A program made the translations under genes and the position numbers. This document shows, piece by piece, positions 32,240 to 41,267 of a stretch of 64,000 nt of DNA. Positions within the stretch are counted from its first letter, which is position 1, and every line of letters begins with the position of its first letter. Origin of the DNA: Synergistes sp. (GTDB taxonomy: Bacteria; Synergistota; Synergistia; Synergistales; Synergistaceae); contig JAFYJW010000061.1 of assembly GCA_017537925.1 (NCBI GenBank), positions 12,660 through 76,659 of the forward strand, read 5' to 3'. The notes below the pieces were generated by a model. The model did no database searches. It had not been told where the DNA came from and saw nothing but the letters and a program-made list of their open reading frames with translations.

Positions 32240-34198
32240 TCAGCATATCTTGCTGCCCGCCGGTATCGAGTCGTCCATTACGGTAAGCAGCGTGATCGTT
32301 TCCTTTCTTGTATCGGGGCCCTCGGCCGCAAGCAGCATGCCGTTGCTCTGCACGCCGCGGAATTTCGCGGGCTTAAGGTTGCAGAGCACAGCTATCTTTT
32401 TGCCTTCAAGCTCTTCCGGTTTGTAGAATTCCCTGATGCTCGACACTATAACGCGCTTTTCGTTGCCGAGGTCTAAGTTCAGTATATAGAGCTTATCGGC
32501 CTTCGGCACGATCTCGACCTTTTCGACGAGAGCTACGCGCAGGTCAAGCTTTGCAAAGTCGTCGTATTCGATCTGCGGCTTCGGCTCCTCGTATTTGAAG
32601 AATGCCGTGGGATCAGCAGCCGCGCGCTTTTCGGCGTCGCGCTGTTCTTTTTCCTTCTGCCATTTTGCAATATCTATGCGCGGGAAAAGGACTCCGCTGC
32701 GGGCGACCTTTACGGGGCCAGGGAGCTCTCCCCACTTCCATGAGGCGCGGCCGTTGTCCAGCGGGCTGCCGGAAAGTCCGAGCTGGCTCCATATCCTTGT
32801 GGCGGCGTCCGGTATGAACGGCGCCGTAAGGACCGCAGCAAGGCGCAGCGACTCCCACAGCGTGCGGAGCACGGCGTCAAGACGGTCTACGTCGCCTTCG
32901 CGCCCAAGTCTCCATGGCTCTGTTTCGTCGATGTATTTGTTTGCGCGTCCGATAAACGCCCATATGCATTTAAGCGTGTCGTCGAAAGCGAAATCGTCCA
33001 TGAGCGACGACGTCTCCTCAAAGGTCTTTTCCGCCATGGCCTTGATTTCGCGGTCTATATCGGTCTCTTTGTAGGAGAGCGGAAGTTCGCCGCCGCGGTA
33101 TTTTTCGATCATCTGCAGCGAACGCGAGAGCAGGTTGCCGAGGTCGTTTGCCAGATCAGAATTGATGCGCTGGACAAGAGCCGCTTCCGAGAAGTCTCCG
33201 TCATGCCCGAACGGTACTTCGCGCAGCAGGAAGTAGCGGAACGGATCTATGCCGTACAGCTTTTCCATTTCAAACGGGTCGACAACGTTGCCGAGCGACT
33301 TTGACATTTTTTCGCCGTCCACGGTCCACCAGCCGTGCGCAAAGACCCTGACGGGCGGGTTGACGCCCAGCGCCATCAGCATCGCGGGCCAGATAACGCA
33401 GTGGAAGCGGATTATGTCTTTTCCGACAAGATGGTTCGCAACAGGCCAGTATGTCTGCCATTTGCCGCCTTCCTGCGGGAAATCGAGCGCGGAGAGGTAG
33501 TTGACCAGCGCGTCGAACCATACGTAGATAACATGCGCTTCGTCGCCGGGAAGAGGGATGCCCCATTTCAGCGTCGTGCGCGATACAGACTGGTCGCGCA
33601 GCCCGCTCTTTATGAAGCTTACGACTTCGTTGTAGCGCTTTTTCGGCATTATCGCGTCGGGATGCTCTTCGTAGAATTTGAGCAGCGGCTCAGCATATTT
33701 GGAGAGACGGAAGAAATACGTCTCTTCGGTCATTTTTATAAGCGGACGGTGGCAGTCCGGGCAAGTCTGCCCTTCTCCCATCTGCGCCTCGGGCACGTAG
33801 GTCTCGCACGGTACGCAGTACCAGCCTTCATATTCGCCTTTGTATATGTCGCCGGAGGCCATCAGACGACGGAATATCTCCTGCACGACTTTCTCATGTC
33901 TCGGCTGCGTCGTTCTGATAAAATCGTCGTTTTTGACGTTCAGCACGTCCCACAGCCTCTGGAAGTTCTGCACGACCTGGTCGCAGAGCTCGATCGGAGT
34001 TATCCCCTTCTTCTCGGCGACGGTCTGTATCTTCTGCCCGTGCTCGTCGGTCCCCGTCAGGAAATAGCTGTTCTCTCCGCCGGATTTATGCCAGCGGTTC
34101 AGAACGTCCGCCGCTATAGTCGTATACGCATGTCCGATATGCGGCACGTCGTTGACGTAATATATCGGCGTAGTTATGTAGAAATTTTTCTCCGCCAT
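32240..34198 (-). CDS. metG: methionine--tRNA ligase with C-terminal tRNA-binding domain
   Basis: YVNDVPHIGHAY (HIGH), KMSKSLGN (KMSKS), a zinc knuckle CVPCE..CPDC, and a C-terminal EMAPII/Trbp111-like domain. Confidence 0.95.
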   Translation of the reverse strand: MAEKNFYITTPIYYVNDVPHIGHAYTTIAADVLNRWHKSGGENSYFLTGTDEHGQKIQTVAEKKGITPIELCDQVVQNFQRLWDVLNVKNDDFIRTTQPRHEKVVQEIFRRLMASGDIYKGEYEGWYCVPCETYVPEAQMGEGQTCPDCHRPLIKMTEETYFFRLSKYAEPLLKFYEEHPDAIMPKKRYNEVVSFIKSGLRDQSVSRTTLKWGIPLPGDEAHVIYVWFDALVNYLSALDFPQEGGKWQTYWPVANHLVGKDIIRFHCVIWPAMLMALGVNPPVRVFAHGWWTVDGEKMSKSLGNVVDPFEMEKLYGIDPFRYFLLREVPFGHDGDFSEAALVQRINSDLANDLGNLLSRSLQMIEKYRGGELPLSYKETDIDREIKAMAEKTFEETSSLMDDFAFDDTLKCIWAFIGRANKYIDETEPWRLGREGDVDRLDAVLRTLWESLRLAAVLTAPFIPDAATRIWSQLGLSGSPLDNGRASWKWGELPGPVKVARSGVLFPRIDIAKWQKEKEQRDAEKRAAADPTAFFKYEEPKPQIEYDDFAKLDLRVALVEKVEIVPKADKLYILNLDLGNEKRVIVSSIREFYKPEELEGKKIAVLCNLKPAKFRGVQSNGMLLAAEGPDTRKETITLLTVMDDSIPAGSKIC

Positions 34199-34200
34199 AT

Positions 34201-35028
34201 TCAGGCCTCCCTGTCAGATTTTTCTATAAGAAATTTTTTAACAGCATTTTTGGGCGCGCCGTATTTTTCCGAGATCGCAGCGGCAATGTCTTTTGCGCTT
34301 TCTCCGCGTTCTGACATAGCCGAAGCTTCTTCGCGCCACTCGTTTTCATCCGCGGGCTTTTTATCCGCCCCGCTTATGACGCAGACGAACTCGCCGCGGA
34401 TTTTTTCTGGTGGAATTGTATCACAAATCTCTGTCAAATTGCCGATTATCGTCTCCTGGTGTATCTTGCTTATCTCGCGGACGAGAGCGACGCGCCTGCT
34501 TCCGAGCACAGAGGCGATGAGCGAAAGATCTTTCAGCAGATGATGCGGGGCAAGGTAGAAGACGAGCGTTTCCTGCAGATCCATGACCTTCCTGAGCCTT
34601 TTTCTTTTTTCTTCCTCGGCGGCGGGCAGAAAACCTACAAACATGAAGGATTCCATCGCGGCGCCCGACAGCAGCAGCGCGGGAAGCAGCGCATTGGCGC
34701 CGGGCAGCGCGTCGACTTCGTAGCCGCACTCTGCTGCGGCGCGCGCCGCCGCGGCTCCAGGGTCTGAGAGGCCGGGAGTGCCCGCGTCCGAAACAAGCGC
34801 TACGCGCAGCCCTTTTTCAAGCAGAGCGTTTATCGTCTCGCTGCGCCTGCGCTCGTTGTATTCATGGCATGAGAGCAGTTTTTTCTTTATGCCGAAATGG
34901 TTGAGCAGCTTCAGCGTATGGCGCGTGTCTTCGCACGCTATCACATCGGCCGCGCGAAGCTCGCGCAGAGCGCGAAGCGTGATGTCTTCAAGGTTTCCTA
35001 TCGGGGTCGGTATGATTATAAGCGGCAT
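34201..35028 (-). CDS. rsmI: 16S rRNA (cytidine1402-2'-O)-methyltransferase
   Basis: IIPTPIGNLEDITLRALRELRAADVIACEDTRHT N-terminus. The ATG at 35028 overlaps the upstream stop (TGATG). The 55-codon upstream extension was rejected. Confidence 0.9.
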   Translation of the reverse strand: MPLIIIPTPIGNLEDITLRALRELRAADVIACEDTRHTLKLLNHFGIKKKLLSCHEYNERRRSETINALLEKGLRVALVSDAGTPGLSDPGAAAARAAAECGYEVDALPGANALLPALLLSGAAMESFMFVGFLPAAEEEKRKRLRKVMDLQETLVFYLAPHHLLKDLSLIASVLGSRRVALVREISKIHQETIIGNLTEICDTIPPEKIRGEFVCVISGADKKPADENEWREEASAMSERGESAKDIAAAISEKYGAPKNAVKKFLIEKSDREA

Positions 35029-35750
35029 CAGGCGTCCTCCGTTATTATGTACGCTGCTTTCAGTTCCGCGGTCTCCGCTCCGCTTTCGTCTTTTATGAAA
35101 AGCGGCGCCTCCACGGAAAGTCCGCTTCCGCCGGAGCGCACCGCCTCGACAAGTACGACGGAAGCTTTGCTTCCCGGCTGCGGATGGACGCATTTCATGA
35201 CCTTAGGCGGCGTCTTGCAGCCGGAAAGAAGCGCGAAGAGATCGGAGAGCCGGTCGCTCCTGATTATGATATCGAGCCGTCCTCTGTTTTTCAGAAGATA
35301 GTGGGCTGCCGCCGCCACGTCGCCGAGGCTGCAGCATGCGCCCTGCACGGCCGCGGAACGCGCGGCGCTGGGACTCTTCCGGCAGCTGCCCTCTTCGTCG
35401 TAGGGCGGGTTCACGACTATGCGGTCGAAGCTCTGCGCAGGAGCTATTCTTTTATATTCGCGTATGTCTGCCACTGAAAAATCGGCGTCAAGCCCGTTGA
35501 GTTCGGCGTTTTTCTTAGCAAGCTCTATAAGGTGCGGCTGTATGTCTATGCCTTTTACGGAAAATCCGCGTTTTGCCAGTATAAGCGATACCGCGCCGTG
35601 CGCGCAGCCCAGCTCAAGTATTTTTTCGCCCTGCTTCGGGCGCGTGAAATGCGCAAGAAGTATCGTGTCCACGTTGACGCGGAGCCCGTCGCATTCGTCC
35701 GGCTGGTACATTTTTATCGAACCGTACAGCAGGTCATGGCACTTTTCCAT
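35028..35750 (-). CDS. SAM-dependent methyltransferase, tRNA m6A37 (TrmN6/YfiC)-like
   Basis: ILELGCAHGAVSL motif I and the IVVNPPY N6-adenine/amino-MTase motif IV. Confidence 0.7.
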   Translation of the reverse strand: MEKCHDLLYGSIKMYQPDECDGLRVNVDTILLAHFTRPKQGEKILELGCAHGAVSLILAKRGFSVKGIDIQPHLIELAKKNAELNGLDADFSVADIREYKRIAPAQSFDRIVVNPPYDEEGSCRKSPSAARSAAVQGACCSLGDVAAAAHYLLKNRGRLDIIIRSDRLSDLFALLSGCKTPPKVMKCVHPQPGSKASVVLVEAVRSGGSGLSVEAPLFIKDESGAETAELKAAYIITEDA

Positions 35751-38700
35751 TATGTCCAGTCCTCAAGACGCACGCCAACGACCTGCGACAGCCCCTGCTC
35801 CTGCAGCGTGACGCCGTAAAGGACGTCCGCGCGCTCCATCGTGACGCGCCTGTGCGTCATAGCAAGTATTTGCCGGCTTTTTGCGTATTCTTTCGTAAGC
35901 TCGCTGAAGCGGCGCAGATTGGCTTCGTCAAGGGCCGCGTCGACCTCGTCGAGCACCGCTATCGGAGAACCCGCCACTTCCATGGTCGCAAAAAGCAGCG
36001 ATATCGATATCAGCGAACGTTCTCCGCCGGAATACTGGTTCAATACCTGCGCGTGCTTGCCGGGAAGCCGCGCGTCTATTTCCACGCCGCTGTTCCATAT
36101 CGTGGCGCCTTCGGTCATGACAAGATGCGCCTCGCCGCCTCCGAAAAGGACCCTGAAGAGCGAACAGAATCTTTCGTCTACCTTCTGAAGCTGCTCGGAG
36201 AACTGTTTATGCGCCATTATATCGGCGTCCGTTATCAGCTTCTGGATCTCGGCGGCGCTTGCGCGCACGTCGTCCAGCTGTTCCCCGAGGAATGTAAGGC
36301 GGTCTTTGAGGCTTTCATCTTCGGAGAGCACGCCCATATTTACTTCGCCGAACGATTTTATCTTTCTGTCGCCTTCGCGTATCCTGCGGCGCAGCTCGTC
36401 CGTGCTTACTTTTTCCGGCAGTTCTTCAGCTCCGGGATACGGGAACTGATCCTCCCATGTATTGCAAAGCTCTGTCAGGTCGCGTTCCGTTTCGCTTATC
36501 TTTGAACGCATCGCGGAAAGCTGTTCGTTATCCTCGCGCATCTTCTTCTCAGCCTTCGCGCCGCGTTCCGCCGTGTATTTTTTCAGCTTTTCGAGCTTTG
36601 AATAAAGCGCTCCGTGCTCTTCCATCTCCGCCAGGAGCTCTTTTCTGCGGTTGTGTATCTCAAGGCAGGCCTGCCCCGTCCTTGCGAGTGAGGAGCGTGC
36701 CTGAAGGCACTGCTGATCGAGCTCCGACATCTCTTCTTCGAGCCTCTGGAGCTTTTTCTCCTGCGCACGCACGTCGTCTCTGATGCGCTCCGCCATCGCG
36801 AAGCCGGATGTGAGGCTGCTTGCGGCGACGGTCGCGCGTGCGCGGCATTTTTCGCGTTCTTCTATCAGCTTTCTGTCGTCTTCGACGTCAGAGGCGCTGT
36901 CCCGCTTCTCTTCAAGCTCGGCAAGCGACGAGATAACAGCATTCCAGTTCAGTCCTTCGGCCTTTATGCTTTCAAGCACGCGGGTGCGCTCCGATGCGGC
37001 GCGCTTCTGTTCGCGCGCTATGCGGTCCTTCTGATCTTCCAAGACCGCTATTTTCCCGTTCAGCTCGCGTATGCGGCGCGTGTATTCTTCCTTTGCCTCC
37101 GAAGCGGACGCTTCTTTGCCCTCGGCTTCCTTATACTTTTTGGAAAGAGCTTCGGCATAGCTTTTCGCCTTTGCCGCATCGGCCTCTAATTTTGCGACCT
37201 GCGCCTTCATTTCGAGAGCCCGCCCGCTCTTCTGGCTGCGTCCTCCGCTTACTGTGCCGCCCGGCTGGAAGACGTCTCCGTCCATCGTGACCACCGGGGA
37301 GCGGAAACCCGAACGTACAAGCTCTTTGCCGGTATCGTACTTGTCCACTATGAGCAGGTCGCCCATTATATGCTGCACCGCGGGCAGCCAGTGCTCTTCC
37401 ACGGTCATAAGTTCCGTGGCCCAGCCTATTATACCTGCCGCCGGCAGTTTGTATGCTTTGTTCGGATAGCGCGGCCTCGCGCGCTCAAGAGGCAGGAATG
37501 TGGCCGTGCCCGCCGAATTCTGCTTAAGACGGTCGATGCACCTTCCGGCTTCTTCCATATCTTCGACAAGAAGCTGGAACTGACGCCCGCCTAAATATGC
37601 CTCAAGCGCGGCGGCAAGCTCCACGGGGGCGTTTATAACGTCGATGACGGCATGGGGATCCGCGTCGATGCGCTTCAGCTTCGCCGCGGAGAGCAGATGG
37701 CGGACAGCAGGCGGGTAAAGCCCGGCCTGCAGCGCGTCTGATGCGTCGTTCAGCCTGGAGGTGAGGTTTGACGCTTCGCGTCTTGCGCGCTGCAGCTCGG
37801 CAGCCAGCGTCTGGCAGAGCGTGTACAGTTTTGTGTGCTCTTCCGCCAGCTTTTCCTGTTCGCCGTTCAGCCTGTCTCTTTCTTCGGATATCTTATTTAT
37901 CTGTGCGTCTATGTCTTTGCGCTCGTCCGGGACAGCGTCCTTTTTCGTGCGCATCTCAAGAAGCTCTTTGCCGAGATACGAAAGCTTTGCTTTGCTCTTC
38001 TGAAGCTCGCCTTCAAGCCTTGCCTTCTCAGCGTTCCATTTTTCGCGTTCGCGGCGAGTCGCTTCAAGTCTTTCGTTGTACTCCTGCCATTTCTTTTCTA
38101 TCGCGTCAAGTGCTTTCTGCGCCTCATCGACTTCGGCTTTTGCCTTTTTGTTTTCCTCCGCGGAGTTCTTTTGTTCGTTCAGAAGCTTTTCATAGTGTTC
38201 CCTTGCCTCCGCAGTTTCTTCCTTTCCCTCGGCTATGCGCATTTTGGCGCTGCGCAGCCCGGCGGCCGCGGCATATCCTGATTTCATAAGGCCGTCAAAG
38301 CGGTTTCTGCACTGTTCGAGCTCCCATGTCTGCCTGCTGTGCGCCTGCGACGCGCGGTCTATCTCGGACGCCGCCGAACTTTCCGCCTTTTTCCAGAAAG
38401 AGGACCAGAAAGCGGCTCCCTCGTGCTTTGACGACGCCTTTTCGAGCTCTCCGGAAAGGACTCTTATCACCCGTTCGCACTCGGCGCGTCTCAGCCAGTA
38501 AAGCATCTTTCTGTCGTCTTCCATGCTGTCCAGTATCGCGCGCATCTGCGCGGCCCTTTCGACTTCCGGAGCTATCTCCGCGCGCCGCGCAAAGAGCTCG
38601 TCCATCAGATGCCTGAGCTGCCCGCTTTCCTCTTCGACGGACGCGAGCCTGTCCTGGGCGTCCATGCGTTTTTTCCTGTAGATATCTATGCCGAAAAGCA

Positions 38701-39169
38701 CCTCATAATACATGCGGCGCTCCACCGGGCTCTGTTTGAGGGTCTCCTGGACTTCACCCTGACCTATAAAGGCAAAGCGGGCGCCTTCCAGCTTCCAGCT
38801 TCGCTTTATAGAGTCGAGCTCTGCAAGCGTGCGGCGGGAATTATCGACAAAAAGGCTGGTTACGCCGTCCGGAGCCGTGACGCGGCGCTTTATCGTGCAG
38901 ACGCGCTCTTCGTCGCGCAGGTGCAGCGTGACTTCCGCTTCTTTTGCCTTTTCTCTGCTGACGGAGCCCTGGAAGAGCAGATCGGACTGCCTGCTTATGC
39001 GGAGGCGCGCCGCGCTGCTGTCGCCAAGCGACCACCTGAGAGCGTCAAGCAGATTGCTTTTGCCGCTCCCGTTCGGACCCACGATCGCGGTAAAACCCGA
39101 CGACAGTATGAGATCGTGGGAGGCGCCGAAACTTTTAAAGCCCTTAAGCTGAAGGCGACTTATATACAA
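35750..39169 (-). CDS. smc: chromosome segregation protein SMC
   Basis: 1139 aa. N-terminal FKSF...IVGPNGSGKSNLLDA, long coiled coils, a hinge, and a C-terminal LSGGERSL...LDEVDAALD. Confidence 0.95.
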   Translation of the reverse strand: MYISRLQLKGFKSFGASHDLILSSGFTAIVGPNGSGKSNLLDALRWSLGDSSAARLRISRQSDLLFQGSVSREKAKEAEVTLHLRDEERVCTIKRRVTAPDGVTSLFVDNSRRTLAELDSIKRSWKLEGARFAFIGQGEVQETLKQSPVERRMYYEVLFGIDIYRKKRMDAQDRLASVEEESGQLRHLMDELFARRAEIAPEVERAAQMRAILDSMEDDRKMLYWLRRAECERVIRVLSGELEKASSKHEGAAFWSSFWKKAESSAASEIDRASQAHSRQTWELEQCRNRFDGLMKSGYAAAAGLRSAKMRIAEGKEETAEAREHYEKLLNEQKNSAEENKKAKAEVDEAQKALDAIEKKWQEYNERLEATRREREKWNAEKARLEGELQKSKAKLSYLGKELLEMRTKKDAVPDERKDIDAQINKISEERDRLNGEQEKLAEEHTKLYTLCQTLAAELQRARREASNLTSRLNDASDALQAGLYPPAVRHLLSAAKLKRIDADPHAVIDVINAPVELAAALEAYLGGRQFQLLVEDMEEAGRCIDRLKQNSAGTATFLPLERARPRYPNKAYKLPAAGIIGWATELMTVEEHWLPAVQHIMGDLLIVDKYDTGKELVRSGFRSPVVTMDGDVFQPGGTVSGGRSQKSGRALEMKAQVAKLEADAAKAKSYAEALSKKYKEAEGKEASASEAKEEYTRRIRELNGKIAVLEDQKDRIAREQKRAASERTRVLESIKAEGLNWNAVISSLAELEEKRDSASDVEDDRKLIEEREKCRARATVAASSLTSGFAMAERIRDDVRAQEKKLQRLEEEMSELDQQCLQARSSLARTGQACLEIHNRRKELLAEMEEHGALYSKLEKLKKYTAERGAKAEKKMREDNEQLSAMRSKISETERDLTELCNTWEDQFPYPGAEELPEKVSTDELRRRIREGDRKIKSFGEVNMGVLSEDESLKDRLTFLGEQLDDVRASAAEIQKLITDADIMAHKQFSEQLQKVDERFCSLFRVLFGGGEAHLVMTEGATIWNSGVEIDARLPGKHAQVLNQYSGGERSLISISLLFATMEVAGSPIAVLDEVDAALDEANLRRFSELTKEYAKSRQILAMTHRRVTMERADVLYGVTLQEQGLSQVVGVRLEDWT

Positions 39170-40646
39170 CGGCCCAACCCTCGCGTTTCTGAAGGATGCT
39201 GATTCTGTGTTCTACCTGCTGAAGAGGTCCCTGGCACTCAAGGCGGTACTTGCTCCACTGCATGCCGGGACATCCGCGGATGAATATCTTTCTTTCAAAT
39301 TCCTCTTCCCAGACCTCGAGGAAATTCTCGTATATATACTCGGCCACGCTGCTGCAGCACTCAACAAGCAGCGCCTCGGACTTTGACGAGAGCACGACCT
39401 TTCTTATAAAGCGCTTTATCTGCAGGGCCACGGTCTCTTCGCTGGGAATGGCCCCGAGACCGCCGCAGTACGGACAGCTTCTCATAAGCGCCGTGCGCAT
39501 ATCGGTGCGCGCGCGTTTTCTTGTTATCTCAACGAGTCCAAGCCCTGTAACGCCGTAGACGCGCGCCTTGCATCTGTCGTTTTTGAAAAGCTCATTAAGG
39601 TGCCTGACAAGGGCATGGTTGTCCTCTTCGTTTTCCATATCTATGAAATCCACGACGACTATCCCTCCGAGGGCCCTCAGCCGCAGCTGACGCACGATCT
39701 CGACGGCAGCTTCCATGTTGGTCTGCATCACGGTGTCGTTCAGGTTTTTCGAGCCCACGAACTTGCCCGTGTTCACGTCTATTACCGTCAGAGCCTCTGT
39801 CTGATCTATAACGAGATATGCGCCGGAGGATAGCCATACTTTCCTGCTCTGCAGTTCGGCTATCTGGTTTTCCAGACCGTAGACGTCAAAGAGAGGCATC
39901 TTTCCGCGGAAGAGGTTGACTTCGATCTCCTTGTCCGGGAAGAATCTTTTTACGATATCCTCCACCGCAGCCTTTTCATCTTCGCAGTCTATCACTATCT
40001 CGTCGACTTCCTCGGTCAGCTCGTCGCGCAGGACGCGCTCAAGCAGGCCTGTATCATGATGCACGAGGCACGGGGCGCTGTTCTGCTTTGCGCAGCGGCA
40101 TATCGTCTCCCATTGCGCGGCAAGTGATTCCGCGTCGTTTTTCAGATCCTGCTCTTCGCACCCTTCGGCGACCGTTCTGATTATTATTCCGAAGCCGTCG
40201 GGGCGCAGCTTTTTTGCCATCGTCCGGAGCCTCGTGCGTTCCGTGTCGCTTTCTATGCGCTTAGATACCCCGGTCTCGTGTCCTCCGGGTATAAGGACCA
40301 TATAGCGCCCGGCAAGCGATATCCGCGGCGACACGCGCGCGCCCTTTCCCTTGCGCGCGTTCTTTACGACCTGCACGAGCATCTCCATTCCCTGCCTGAC
40401 TTCGATGCCTTTTACATCGTCAAGGTAGAGAAAACCGTTCTTGCCGTCGCCGAGATTGAGGAATGCCGAGTTCATTCCCTTGAGAACGGTATCGACGCGG
40501 GCTTTGTAGATCTCTCCCGTCCTCTGGTGCTCAAGCATCCTCTCATAGTAGAATTCGTAAAGCTTCCCTCTCTCATCGATTATTGCTATTCTTACCTCTT
40601 CCGAATCGATGAGATTCGCGATTATTTTTTTCGAACAGCCCGTCAT
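39144..40646 (-). CDS. rng: ribonuclease E/G family protein (RNase G-like)
   Basis: S1 domain GEIYKARVDTVLKGMNSAFLNLG, catalytic region VIDVNTGKF, and a CPYCGG Zn-link. Confidence 0.9.
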   Translation of the reverse strand: MTGCSKKIIANLIDSEEVRIAIIDERGKLYEFYYERMLEHQRTGEIYKARVDTVLKGMNSAFLNLGDGKNGFLYLDDVKGIEVRQGMEMLVQVVKNARKGKGARVSPRISLAGRYMVLIPGGHETGVSKRIESDTERTRLRTMAKKLRPDGFGIIIRTVAEGCEEQDLKNDAESLAAQWETICRCAKQNSAPCLVHHDTGLLERVLRDELTEEVDEIVIDCEDEKAAVEDIVKRFFPDKEIEVNLFRGKMPLFDVYGLENQIAELQSRKVWLSSGAYLVIDQTEALTVIDVNTGKFVGSKNLNDTVMQTNMEAAVEIVRQLRLRALGGIVVVDFIDMENEEDNHALVRHLNELFKNDRCKARVYGVTGLGLVEITRKRARTDMRTALMRSCPYCGGLGAIPSEETVALQIKRFIRKVVLSSKSEALLVECCSSVAEYIYENFLEVWEEEFERKIFIRGCPGMQWSKYRLECQGPLQQVEHRISILQKREGWAVVYKSPSA

Positions 40647-40661
40647 ACTGCCAAACCTCCG

Positions 40662-41267
40662 TTAAATGAGCGGTAAAACTGTTCCTGTGCCGCTGTCCCA
40701 TCGTCCGACTGCAAGGCGCTCTATCTGCAGGTCAGCCCAGCCTGAGACTGTGCCGGCGGCAATGAGCGCCTTTACCAGCGTTCCTGCCCCGCATCTCTCA
40801 AGCTCACCCACCGAAAGAGTTACCCTGCCGTCTTCGCAGCTGCACGCATAAAGCGCGCCGACGCTCTCAGCCGCGCCGCAAAGGACGCTTTCAGCGCCTG
40901 AGTCAAGCGGGGCGTCCGCCCCTGCGAAGCTGTAGACAGCCGCGTCAATGGACTTTGCGAGCACAGTATCTCCGGTTATTTCCGCACATTTTAATATTTT
41001 AAGCCCTTCCGGAAGCATTTTGTTCCACCGGAAAAGCGAATTTCCGTCCCATTCATCAAACCAGAAATCGGCAGGCTCGGCAAGTCCCGCAACGCCGACC
41101 GCAAGCGGCGGCGCAAGGCTTATGCGCGGATGCGGAGAAAAGCCCGCCGTATATTCCTGCTTTAATCCGGCCCTGCGCGCAGAGCGCGAAAATATGACAG
41201 GAAGATCCATATGGTTCACAAACGTAAAAAGCCCCGATTTCCTGTAGAGTATCCTAATTCTTGCCAT
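40662..41267 (-). CDS. radical-SAM-linked protein (DUF2344 / TIGR03936 family)
   Basis: RILYRKSGLFTFVNHMDLPVIFSRSARRAGL...FSPHPRISLAPPLAVG matches this family. It overlaps the upstream radical-SAM gene by 14 nt. Confidence 0.8.
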   Translation of the reverse strand: MARIRILYRKSGLFTFVNHMDLPVIFSRSARRAGLKQEYTAGFSPHPRISLAPPLAVGVAGLAEPADFWFDEWDGNSLFRWNKMLPEGLKILKCAEITGDTVLAKSIDAAVYSFAGADAPLDSGAESVLCGAAESVGALYACSCEDGRVTLSVGELERCGAGTLVKALIAAGTVSGWADLQIERLAVGRWDSGTGTVLPLI